Under the pieces are notes generated by a model, which was not told the DNA's origin, ran no database searches, and saw nothing but the letters and a program-made list of their open reading frames with translations. The position numbers and the translations under genes were made by a program. This document shows, piece after piece, positions 51,524 to 63,200 of a stretch of 64,000 nucleotides of DNA. Origin of the DNA: Octopus sinensis (lineage: Eukaryota); NCBI RefSeq assembly GCF_006345805.1, contig NC_043020.1, positions 7,874,001 through 7,938,000 of the forward strand. Direction: 5' to 3'. The first letter of the stretch is position 1; the number at the start of each line of letters is the position of its first letter.

Positions 51524-52000
51524 TACACACACGTGTGTGTGCGTGTGTGTATAGATCTATCTATCAATCTACACACACATACACACATGGAGATATAGGC
51601 ACATAAAAACTACTCTCTTCTCTACATAATTGACATGAATTCAATACTGCTTCATCAAGTGATCTGGAAATGAAAAATGAACCACTGAAAAGGCAATATT
51701 TGTCATATTTGATACAACAAATAAATATAAAAAGCAAAGCAATACACACACACAAACACAACCATGTATATCTATGTATGTACATTTATATTTATGTATA
51801 ATAATGATTAATGGTTTTTGGCCAGGAGCAAGGCTAATTCCGCAGGGGAGTTTGGTATAATTGACCAAATCAATCCCGTTTGTTGTTTAGTACAAAGTCC
51901 ACACTAATCAAGCTGACATTTTTTCTTTCTATTATCAAAGATGATTTGGCTATGACCATCTTGGTTTTTTCCATTCTTTTTTTTTTTTTTTAATACAGAT

Positions 52001-52410
52001 AGGCGCAGGAGTGGCTGTGTGGTAAGTAGCTTGCTAACCAACCACATGGTTCCGGGTTCAGTCCCACTGCGTGGCATCTTGGGCAAATGTCTTCTGCTAT
52101 AGCCCCGGGCCGACCAATGCCTTGTGAGTGGATTTGGTAGACGGAAACTGAAAGAAGCCTGTCGTATATATGTATATATATATATATGTATGTATGTGTG
52201 TGTTTGTGTGTCTGTGTTTGTCCCCCTAGCATTGCTTGACAACTGATGCTGGTGTGTTTACGTCCCCGTTACTTAGCGGTTCGGCAAAATAGACCGATAG
52301 AATAAGTACTGGGCTTACAAAGAATAAGTTTCAGGGTCAATTTGATCGACTAAAGGCGGTGCTCCAGCATGGCCGCAGTCAAAATGACTGAAACAAGTAA
52401 AAAAAAAAAA
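52001..52410 (+). mobile_element. SINE family A, young copy
   Basis: Consensus match. Confidence 0.9.
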
Positions 52411-52705
52411 TTTTTTTAAAAAGTGTATGTTATTGTACCTAGGTTAGAAATTATTATTATTATTATTTAAAACAGCAGGCTGGAAGAATTGCTAACAACA
52501 CAAATGCAAAATGCTTAACGGCATTTTGTCCATCTTTATAGTCTAAGTTCAAATTTTGCCAAGGTCAGCTTTGCCTTTCATCCTTTCACGATCAATAAAT
52601 TAAGAACCAGTGAAACACTGGGGTCAGTGTAATCGACTAGTTCCCCTCCCCTCAAATTTCATGCCTTGTGCCTTGAGTAGAAAGGATTATTATTATTATT
52701 ATTAT

Positions 52706-52812
52706 TTTCATTATCTTCTTTCAATTCTGTTTCCATTTCTTCTCGAATGTCTTCCTGACACCTAGGGCAAAGAAACATGCTGTATACATTGGTAGGCCAT
52801 TAAAATAAACAC
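52706..52812 (-). mobile_element. R4/Dong 3' UTR fragment
   Basis: Matches 22069-22160 (TTTGCCCTAGG..GGAAGACA..AGAAATGGAA), adjacent to (TAA)n. Confidence 0.7.
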
Positions 52813-52974
52813 ACCAGATTGTTCATTTACAATGTCATGTGATAGAGAAAAAGGGGAAGAAAGACAGAAAAAAGGGAGAAAAAATAAGAAAGTAACAAAG
52901 AAAATAAAGTGGGGAAAAAGGAAAGAAAATTCACAGTGGTGAGGGAAATGTTCAAGATGGTATATTTCCACTCT

Positions 52975-53955
52975 TCCTCACAATCCATCTCATGTTTCCT
53001 CTCTCACACTCCATCTCGTGCTCCCTCTCATGCTCCATCTCATGTCCCATCTCACACTCTGTATTGTGTCCCATCTCACACCCATCTCGTGCCCCTCTCA
53101 CACTCCATCTCATGTTGCATCTCACACTCCATATCATGCTCCCTCTCACACTCCATCCCATGTTTCCTCTCTCACACTCCATCTCGTGCTCCTCTCACAC
53201 TCCATCTCGTGCTCCTCTCACACTCCATCTCGTGCTCCTCTCACACTCCATCTCATGTCCCACCTCACACTCCATATCATGCTCCCTCTCACACTCCATC
53301 TCATGTTTCCTCTCTCACACTCCATCTCGTGCTCCTCTCACACTCCATCACATGTTTCCTCTCTCACACTCCATCTCGTGCTCCTCTCACACTCCATCTC
53401 ATGCTCCTCTCACACTCCATCTCATGTCCCACCTCACACTCCATATCATGCTCCCTCTCACACTCCATCTCATGTTTACTCTCTCACACTCCATCTCATG
53501 TTTCCTCTCTCACACTCCATCTCGTGCTCCTCTCACACTCCATCTCATGTTTCCTCTCTCACACTCATCTCGTGCTCCTCTCACACTCTCATCTCATGCT
53601 CCTCTCAACACTCCATCTCATGTCCCACCTCACACTCCATATCATGCTCCCTCTCACACTCCATCTCATGTTTACTCTCTCACACTCCATCTCATGTTTC
53701 CTCTCTCACACTCCATCTCGTGCTCCTCTCACACTCCATCCCATGTTTCCTCTTTCACACTCCATCCCATGTTTCCTCTCTCACACTCCATCCCATGTTT
53801 CCTCTCTCACACTCCATCCCATGTTTCCTCTCTCACACTCCATCTCGTGCTCCTCTCACACTCCATCTCGTGCTCCTCTCACACTCCATCTCATGCTCCC
53901 TCTCACACTCCATCCCATGTTCCACCTCACACTCTATCTCATGCACCATCTCACT
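52975..53955. repeat. 23-26 bp C/T-rich minisatellite (CACACTCCATCTCATGTTTCCTCTCT and variants)
   Basis: About 40 units; explains the three 315-350 aa ORFs. Confidence 0.95.
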
Positions 53956-54055
53956 CTTTAAGTAACCAGTCAACCATTTATCTCTCTTTCTACCTTGCTT
54001 TATTTTTCTCTCTGTTTTAATCTGCACTACACTCTCTAACTTCCTTTCTATTTGT

Positions 54056-54114
<59 letters not shown>

Positions 54115-54381
54115 GCTTTATATGTCAGCCTATCTCCTTTTCTATCTTGCTACAGTTTTCAGTAAGATAGTCGGGGGGAAGTCGGGAAGAGCCCATGACC
54201 TTTGCTGGCCTTTCAAAACCCGTGAAGTGGGTGTAGCTAATGTTTTAACTTCAAAGTCTGTAGATCAATGCCTGATGGAGAATTGGTAAAGAAGGGGAAT
54301 TCCAGTGAGTTTCAGATCTGTTACGACATGGGTATACACGTCTGGCGTAAAATAGTATTACACAAATAAATAGTTGGTTGT

Positions 54382-54791
54382 AGGCGCTGGAGTGGCTGTG
54401 TGGTAAGTAGCTTGCTAACCAGCCACATGGTTCTGGGTTCAGTCCCACTGCGTGGCATCTTGGGCAAATGTCTTCTGCTATAGTCGCGGGCCGACCAATG
54501 CCTTGTGAGTGGATTTGGTAGACGGAAACTGAAAGAAGCCTGTCGTATATATGTATATATATATGTATGTGTATGTATATGTTTGTGTGTCTGTGTTTGT
54601 CCCCCTAGCATTGCTTGACAACCAATGCTGGTGTGTTTACGTCCCCGTCACTTAGTGGTTCGGCAAAAGAGACTGATAGAATAAGTACTGGGCTTACAAA
54701 GAATAAGTCCCGGGGTCGATTTGCTCGACTAAAGGCGGTGCTCCAGCATGGCTGCAGTCAAATGACTGAAACAAGTAAAAGAGTAAAAGAG
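54382..54791 (+). mobile_element. SINE family A, young copy
   Basis: Consensus match. Confidence 0.9.
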
Positions 54792-55479
54792 ATATACCGC
54801 AGAATAATATATGTTAGCACAGAATGCACTATGCACTACTCAAAAGTAGATATGACATTCAGTATTGCATTGATCAGGTACCGACTGTCAAACCAACACA
54901 TGTCGAACTAACACCGTCAACTACCCACACCCTTGACAGATCGTCATCATCATTGTTTAATGTCCGCCTTCCATGCTGGCATGGGTTGTAATCAGTTAGT
55001 CCACCTTCTGTGACATGGAGGTGTTCAGGATTCTTCCATAACAAGATCTCAAGGTTAAGAGAAGTTCAATGTAGGGGTCTGAGTGGGGAAACATGGTGTG
55101 ATGGTAGTAGGGGAAACTAATGCTATGGGAGTGCTTTATTGGAGGCGATAGGGCAGAAAGCTTGCTAGTTGAGAGGAGCAGAAGCCATTGTAGTAGTGGT
55201 AAAAGGTGCAGGGAGTGCTATAACTGCGAAACATGGAGACTGGTGAATCATTGCTAATTGATTGAATGGTATTGTTCAAAGGGCCAGAGGTATTGTTATT
55301 GTTGTTATGAGAGAAGAGATTATAAAGAAGGAATGTTATGTCTGTTATATTGAAGAGGGAATCATTGCCAATCAGTTGAATGGTCTTCTTTTGGATGTGA
55401 CCTCTCTCACTTTCTAACTATTTACATACATATCTGACTACATATATACAAGCATGTATACATATCTATCTGGCTATCT

Positions 55480-55830
55480 ACTAAACTCCACCTGTCTAAC
55501 ACCCGTGGACATGTTTACAAAGTTAGAAAACAGCACAGCTCCCATGACTTTCGGAAACATTTTTTCACGCTGAAGCATGGAACAAACTGCCTTCATCAGT
55601 TGTTAGTTGTCGGAGCACTGCATCCTTCAAAACTTCCATGCTTTCTGAGATTCGCCAACACTACACCTGATTTTCTCCCCTCCATACACATGCAAGCATG
55701 TACCTGACTCATACATTGTTCGCTTTCCAGGCATTTGTACATTACTGCATATACTTTATATGCACTTTCTGACAAGTTGTGGTGCACCTGAGCACTGTAT
55801 ACAATAATTTCATCATTATTATTATTACTT
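55480..55830 (+). mobile_element. CR1-type LINE 3' end
   Basis: WNKLPSSVVSCRSTASFKTSML followed by a 3' UTR and (CATT/ATT)n tail. Confidence 0.75.
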
Positions 55831-56011
55831 ACATACCTGTCTAACTAGTCTGTCTTCCTATCTATCTTCCAGTTCCTCTTTCCATATTTATGTTGCTATA
55901 TTTCTCTCTCTTTCTTCCTTCTTTTACACACTCATTCTCTCTCTCTCTCCTCTGCATTCTCACTCTAACATATGCATATATTTACCCACTGCACATTCTT
56001 CCTGCCTCTCT

Positions 56012-56023
56012 TACACACACACA

Positions 56024-56063
<40 letters not shown>

Positions 56064-56113
56064 ATACACACACACACACAACACACACACACACACCACA
56101 CACACACACACAC

Positions 56114-56148
<35 letters not shown>
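56012..56148. repeat. (CA)n microsatellite
   Basis: Direct reading. Confidence 0.95.
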
Positions 56149-56149
<1 letters not shown>

Positions 56150-56694
56150 CGGCCAGTCTTAAGCTATTCTAAAAGTGCTAATTTGCTTTCCAAATGAACA
56201 AAAGGGTTGACGATAATATAATGTGGACAACAAACGAATGTATTTGATGATGGAGGTGGAGCTGTGTGGAGGGTTTGAAAGGTTGGTAGAGGTAAGGCAT
56301 GATGGGACTGTGTTGAGGGTGATCATAAGGTGGTTGGCCTTACTTTGCTGCAGGTGTTGTCTTTTGTTGTTTGTTGTTTGTTGTTTCTTTAATGACGTTG
56401 TTCATCAGTAAATGGCAAATCTTTTGTCTTTGTTCTTCTCTGTGTAAACAAATTTCTTCACTTTTGCAATTGTCTCCTCTAGCCTTTTACAGTTTCTGAT
56501 CAGCTGAGCACTGTTATGGCCGGCCATGGTTGGAGTGGCTGAAGGAGGGTTGTGTGAGGGGGTGGAGGTGCAGAGGGTAGGGGAAGACGGAATATCTTGT
56601 TAAGAATTCTATGTGCAACAGTACTGACTCTTCCTTCTCTTTATCTCTCTTTCTCTGAGAAATTTGTGTGTGAATGTGTATTTAACATCAGGGT

Positions 56695-57270
56695 ACAGTA
56701 ATCCCTTGCCATATTGCAGTTCATCCAACATGGTTTATTATTTAAGCTTATGTGGATTCCTCCATGGTGTTGTTTTGCAGTTATAATAAAATAAATATAT
56801 ACAAATTATAAAGATAATAACAATAAAAAATATACAGTACTCTCTTTTACTCTTTTACTTGTTTCAATCATTTGACTGCAGCCATGCTGGAGCACCACCT
56901 TTAGTCGAGCAAATCGACCCCGGGACTTATTCTTTGTAAGCCCAGTACTTATTCTATCGGTCTCTTTTGCCGAACCGCTAAGTGACGGGGACGTAAACAC
57001 ACCAGCATCGGTTGTCAAGCAATGCTAGGGGGACAAACACACACACACACATACATATATACGACAGGCTTCTTTCAGTTTCCGTCTACCAAATCCACTC
57101 ACAAGGCATTGGTTGGCCCGGGGCTATAGCAGAAGACACTTGCCCAAGATGTCACGCAGTGGGACTGAACCCGGAACCATGTGGTTGGTTAGCAAGCTAC
57201 TTTTTGCGGGGTTTTCACCTATCACCGGAGGTTTTGAAACATAGCACCTGCGATAGTCGAGGGATTGCTG
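56695..57270. mobile_element. Tigger/pogo-like MITE containing a 5'-truncated SINE A (56838-57201, minus strand)
   Basis: TA|CAGTAATCCCT..AGGGATTGCTG|TA; flanks align with 19279-19495. Confidence 0.85.
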
Positions 57271-57735
57271 TATGTATCTATTTGAGAATATGGCCTGTCT
57301 ATCAACCTGTACATCTATCTGTCTGTCTGTGTGTCTATACCTGTCTGCATGTCCGCCTCTCTATCTCTTTTTCTCTATCTCTCTTTCTCCTTCTCTCTTT
57401 CTCTCTCCTCTCTCTCTTTCTCCTCCTCTCTCTTACTCTCTCACTTTCTCTCCCTCTGTTTCTTTCTCTCTCTGACAAATTTGTGTGTGTGTGGTTTAAT
57501 ATCAATGTATGTATCTGTTTTTCATTTTCCCTCTCCGCCCCACCCCCACTCATTCGAGATGAGCATTTCTTTCAAATCTGTTGTATTAAAAGCACAACTA
57601 TGAAGGGCAAAAATTGATCTCAGCATCATTTGAATTCAATATGTAAAGAGGGACAAAATGCCGCTAAGCATTTTGCCTGGTGTGCTAATGATCTGGTTAT
57701 AATTATTCAGAGTTTGTTTTTTTTTCTTTGTGAAA

Positions 57736-58122
57736 ATCTCTCTCTATATAAACGGCAGTTTGTCTGTGTGTGTTTCTGTGTGTCTGTTTTCTCGTACCCT
57801 CACTCTGACCACGGCTTTCAACCGATTCTGATGAAACTTGACACACACATAGCCCAATGTCATAATTCAAAACTAACGCAGCGAAAATTTTGAAAAGTTC
57901 CCCCAGTTCTGAAAAAAATCGATAAATTCGACATGGGGTCGAGAATCAGAAACCCAAACCACAGACCGTCTAGGGGGCGCAACTCCACCTTTTTTAACTC
58001 TCAAAAAAAATTACCATCATTTTTTTTTCCATTTTTTTGCTATTTTTTGGCTATAACTCTCTAAAAATGCTTTATAGTTATTTCCCTTACAAACCTGAGC
58101 AACGCCGGGCGATACTGCTAGT
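57736..58122 (+). mobile_element. Non-autonomous Helitron/Helentron-like element, second family
   Basis: Starts ATCTCTCTCTATATAA; ends CCTGAGCAACGCCGGGCGATACTGCTAGT. Confidence 0.75.
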
Positions 58123-58599
58123 TTTATATAAAACTGTATTGCTGTCAACTATTGCTTTTCTATCCAGTTCTGTTTTGTATATGGCATTTTAATGAATTGC
58201 AAATGGCTCCTTGTTGTATATACAAGGTCAACTGACAAGAAAATCTCATATTTCTGTGTCCACTGTAACAAATGGTGTCATAAAACTGACAACTTTCGTG
58301 TTTACATTGAAATTCATATACTGCATTAATTATCTGAATTATGTTTTGTGGTGTGTTTTGTTTGTGGTTTCATGCTGATAAGGAGACATTTCCCCCCCCC
58401 CCGTTCTCGTGTTATTGTAATATATCACATTTATGAGTTTGTGGTTAGGTGTGACACAAGTTATGATCTGTTTTATGAATTTTAATGAAGCTGTTTTAAA
58501 AGCGGGGGTGCATCTGGTTTTTATAGTGTGCAATATGTGCAGTTTGTGTTGCATCTGCTGTATCAGTGGGAGTCAACATGTCCCTGGATTCTTCTGGGG

Positions 58600-58804
58600 C
58601 AGTGGTTCTCAACCGGGGTCCATATGGCCCTTGGGGATCCACATAAGATTTTGTTGTTAAAATTCATCTGCAGTATATTGGTTACTAGCTGGCCCCATGC
58701 TGTCAAAAATGATGGCTAATTGTAGTATTTTATATATAAATATGGATGGTAAATCAAATTGATACACTTGTCAATGTTCATATACATTCATAGACTTCCC
58801 TTGT

Positions 58805-58836
<32 letters not shown>

Positions 58837-59142
58837 TCACACAGAGTTGAAATGCTGTTTGATTTTTTTTTCAGCATTGAATGTTCACCATCCCATCAGT
58901 TTGCCATCACCCCTTCCTTTCTCATTTATATGTTGTGATGGAGAAAATCACTAGAGTATTATTATAGTAGATTCTTCTACAATACATAAAATATAAAAAA
59001 AAAAAATTTATGCAGTTCCTAATAATATTTAATTATAAAAATATAGTAGGGTTTTTTTAAATAGTGAATAGCTATGAGGATCCACCTAAGTAAAATAAGA
59101 ATCTTAGGGGGTCCACAGGCCAAAAATGGTTGAGACCCAGTG
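58600..59142. mobile_element. hAT (Charlie-like) MITE, same family as 34704-34952 in opposite orientation
   Basis: TIRs CAGTGGTTCTCAACC / GGTTGAGACCCAGTG; TSD TTCTGGGG / TTCTAGGG; shared GGGGTCCATATGGCCCT. Confidence 0.85.
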
Positions 59143-60245
59143 TTCTAGGGTCTCATCTACCAATCTATTAAGATACTCATCATTGAATATTCAATATCTG
59201 TTTTGCATGTAAGATTTTGTTATTACATCATCATAATTCTATCTGACCCAAGCAAGCATAGATAAGTGCTTGCATGGATCAAACAGAGTTTATTGAGGTA
59301 GATTTTCTACAGCCAGATGTCCTTCCTGTTACCAAACTTAACCTGTTTCCAAGTAAGGTAATATTCTCCCATTGCTAGACATATTTTCCACGGAAGACTA
59401 AAAGTAAAGTTACATATACGACAGGATTGGCTCAGTTTCCAGTCACCGAATCCACTTGAAAGGCTCTGGTCAAGCTGAGGTTATAGTAAAAGACACTTGC
59501 CCTAGGTGCCATGCAATGGTACTGAACCCTGAACCATGTGGTTGGGAATCACACTTCTTAACCACACAGCCTTACCAGGTTTTGTTCTGCCTGGGGTTAT
59601 AGTGGAAGATGTTTGCCTACACTGTCACACAATAAGATTGAACCTGAAACCATGTGGTTGGGAAGCCACACTACCATGCTTGCACCTGTCGTGCCCATGT
59701 CTATATGCACGCACATACATTGAGCTCCTTTCAGTTTCTTTATACCAAATCCATTTTTAAGGCCGCAAATCTTTTTCTCTTCCTCCTGGCTTGTGAAACG
59801 CAATTCTCGACTTATAAATTAATCTTCAGATAAAACCTTAACCAAAGAGAAACCTGCTTGTATCTCTTGGTTAAGTCAGTTGGTCATACTTGTTAGATAA
59901 TTAAATCCAAGTCAGTCCTGCTTACTGGCATCGTGTTTGATAGATCTGTTGTGATAGTCTCTTGTCCTTTTAAGCAAATTCATGACTTTTCATGATGACA
60001 ACATATGTTACATATTTTAATCCGCAGAAACACCTGATTCAAAAATAAACATCAAATCTGTATCGACAAATGAAATCTATGCTAGCTGTTGGCGTCAGGA
60101 TTCCTTCAAATCTTAATCTGTGAGACAACATTAGCCATAATCTCTAAGCTGTTCTACTTTCACTTAGTCAATAAATATACTGCCTTTTGTATATTTATTT
60201 ATTTATTCATTCAACGTTGCTGTAACAAGATGTAGAATGAAGGTT

Positions 60246-63200
60246 AATGCTTTGCTAAAGAGGTTGGATTAAGACTAGAACAGGACAATTGTTATTTCCC
60301 CTGTTTCCTCTAGAAGATAAAAATAAAATATTTGCAATTGATTAATGTTTTGCTAAAGAGGTTGGATTAAGACTAGAACAGGACAGTTGTTATTTCCCCT
60401 GTTTCCTCTAGAAGATAAAAATAAAATATTTGCAATTGATTAATGTTTTGCTAAAGAGGTTGGATTAAGACTAGAACAGGACAGTTGTTATTTCCCCTGT
60501 TTCCTCTAGAAGATAAAAATTAAATATTTGCAATTGATTAATGTTTTGCTAAAGAGGTTGGATTAAGACTAGAACAGGACAGTTGTTATTTCCCCTGTTT
60601 CCTCTAGAAGATAAAAATGAAATATTTGCAATTGATTAATGTTTTGCTAAGAGGTTGGATTAAGACTAGAACAGGACAGTTGTTATTTCCCCTGTTTCCT
60701 CTAGAAGATAAAAATAAAATATTTGCGATTGATTAATGTTTTGCTAAAGAGGTGGATTAAGACTAGAACAGGACATTGTTATTTCCCCTGTTTCCTCTAG
60801 AAGATAAAAATAAAATATTTGCAATTGATTAATGTTTTGCTAAAGAGGTTGGATTAAGACTAGAACAGGACAGTTGTTATTTCCCCTGTTTCCTCTAGAA
60901 GATAAAAATAAAATATTTGCAATTGATTAATGTTTTGCTAAAGAGGTTGGATTAAGACTAGAACAGGACAGTTGTTATTTCCCCTGTTTCCTCTAGAAGA
61001 TAAAAATAAAATATTTGCAATTGATTAATGTTTTGCTAAAGAGGTTGGATTAAGACTAGAACAGGACAGTTGTTATTTCCCCTGTTTCCTCTAGAAGATA
61101 AAAATAAAATATTTGCGATTGATTAATGTTTTGCTAAAGAGGTTGGATTAAGACTAGAACAGGACAATTGTTATTTCCCCTGTTTCCTCTAGAAGATAAA
61201 AATAAAATATTTGCAATTGATTAATGTTTTGCTAAAGAGGTTGGATTAAGACTAGAACAGGACAGTTGTTATGTCCCCTGTTTCCTCTAGAAGATAAAAA
61301 TAAAATATTTGCAATTGATTAATGTTTTGCTAAAGAGGTTGGATTAAGACTAGAACAGGACAGTTGTTATTTCCCCTGTTTCCTCTAGAAGATAAAAATA
61401 AAATATTTGCGATTGATTAATGTTTTGCTAAAGAGGTTGGATTAAGACTAGAACAGGACAGTTGTTATTTCCCCTGTTTCCTCTAGAAGATAAAAATAAA
61501 ATATTTGCAATTGATTAATGTTTTGCTAAAGAGGTTGGATTAGACTAGAACAGGACAGTTGTTATTTCCCCTGTTTCCTCTAGAAGATAAAAATAAAATA
61601 TTTGCGATTGATTAATGTTTTGCTAAAGAGGTTGGATTAAGACTAGAACAGGACAATTGTTATTTCCCCTGTTTCCTCTAGAAGATAAAAATAAAATATT
61701 TGCAATTGATTAATGTTTTGCTAAGAGGTTGGATTAAGACTAGAACAGGACAGTTGTTATGTCCCCTGTTTCCTCTAGAAGATAAAAATAAAATATTTGC
61801 AATTGATTAATGTTTTGCTAAAGAGGTTGGATTAAGACTAGAACAGGACAGTTGTTATTTCCCCTGTTTCCTCTAGAAGATAAAAATTAAATATTTGCGA
61901 TTGATTAATGTTTTGCTAAAGAGGTTGGATTAAGACTAGAACAGGACAGTTGTTATTTCCCCTGTTTCCTCTAGAAGATAAAAATAAAATATTTGCAATT
62001 GATTAATGTTTTGCTAAAGAGGTTGGATTAAGACTAGAACAGGACAGTTGTTATTTCCCCTGTTTCCTCTAGAAGATAAAAATGAAATATTTGCAATTGA
62101 TTAATGTTTTGCTAAAGAGGTTGGATTAAGACTAGAACAGGACAGTTGTTATTTCCCCTGTTTCCTCTAGAAGATAAAAATAAAATATTTGCGATTGATT
62201 AATGTTTTGCTAAAGAGGTTGGATTAAGACTAGAACAGGACAATTGTTATTTCCCCTGTTTCCTCTAGAAGATAAAAATAAAATATTTGCAATTGATTAA
62301 TGTTTTGCTAAAGAGGTTGGATTAAGACTAGAACAGGACAGTTGTTATTTCCCCTGTTTCCTCTAGAAGATAAAAATAAAATATTTGCAATTGATTAATG
62401 TTTTGCTAAAGAGGTTGGATTAAGACTAGAACAGGACAGTTGTTATTTCCCCTGTTTCCTCTAGAAGATAAAAATAAAATATTTGCAATGATTAATGTTT
62501 TGCTAAAGAGGTTGGATTAAGACTAGAACAGGACAGTTGTTATTTCCCCTGTTTCCTCTAGAAGATAAAAATAAAATATTTGCGATTGATTAATGTTTTG
62601 CTAAAGAGGTTGGATTAAGACTAGAACAGGACAATTGTTATTTCCCCTGTTTCCTCTAGAAGATAAAAATAAAATATTTGCAATTGATTAATGTTTTGCT
62701 AAAGAGGTTGGATTAAGACTAGAACAGGACAGTTGTTATGTCCCCTGTTTCCTCTAGAAGATAAAAATAAAATATTGCAATTGATTAATGTTTTGCTAAA
62801 GAGGTTGGATTAAGACTAGAACAGGACAGTTGTTATTCCCCTGTTTCCTCTAGAAGATAAAAATAAAATATTTGCGATTGATTAATGTTTTGCTAAAGAG
62901 GTTGGATTAAGACTAGAACAGGACAGTTGTTATTTCCCCTGTTTCCTCTAGAAGATAAAAATTAAATATTTGCGATTGATTAATGTTTTGCTAAAGAGGT
63001 TGGATTAAGACTAGAACAGGACAGTTGTTATTCCCCTGTTTCCTCTAGAAGATAAAAATTAAATATTTGCGATTGATTAATGTTTTGCTAAAGAGGTTGG
63101 ATTAAGACTAGAACAGGACAGTTGTTATTCCCCTGTTTCCTCTAGAAGATAAAAATAAAATATTTGCGATTGATTAATGTTTTGCTAAAGAGGTTGGATT

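Noticed and set aside
52909-54020. Longest ORFs in the window (315-350 aa)
   Set aside because: Produced by a stop-free minisatellite; open in all three frames with repeat-dictated composition.
734-57617. Recurrent ORFs such as MSSNARGTNTDTQT.., MLGGQTQTHKH.. and MTTDAGVFTSPSLSGSAKETDR..
   Set aside because: They are chance frames of SINE family A copies, not genes.
60638-63130. Scattered 1-bp deletions in satellite units (for example TAAG, GGTGG, GCAATG)
   Set aside because: Mostly in homopolymers and non-recurrent, typical of long-read consensus error; not used in the variant analysis.
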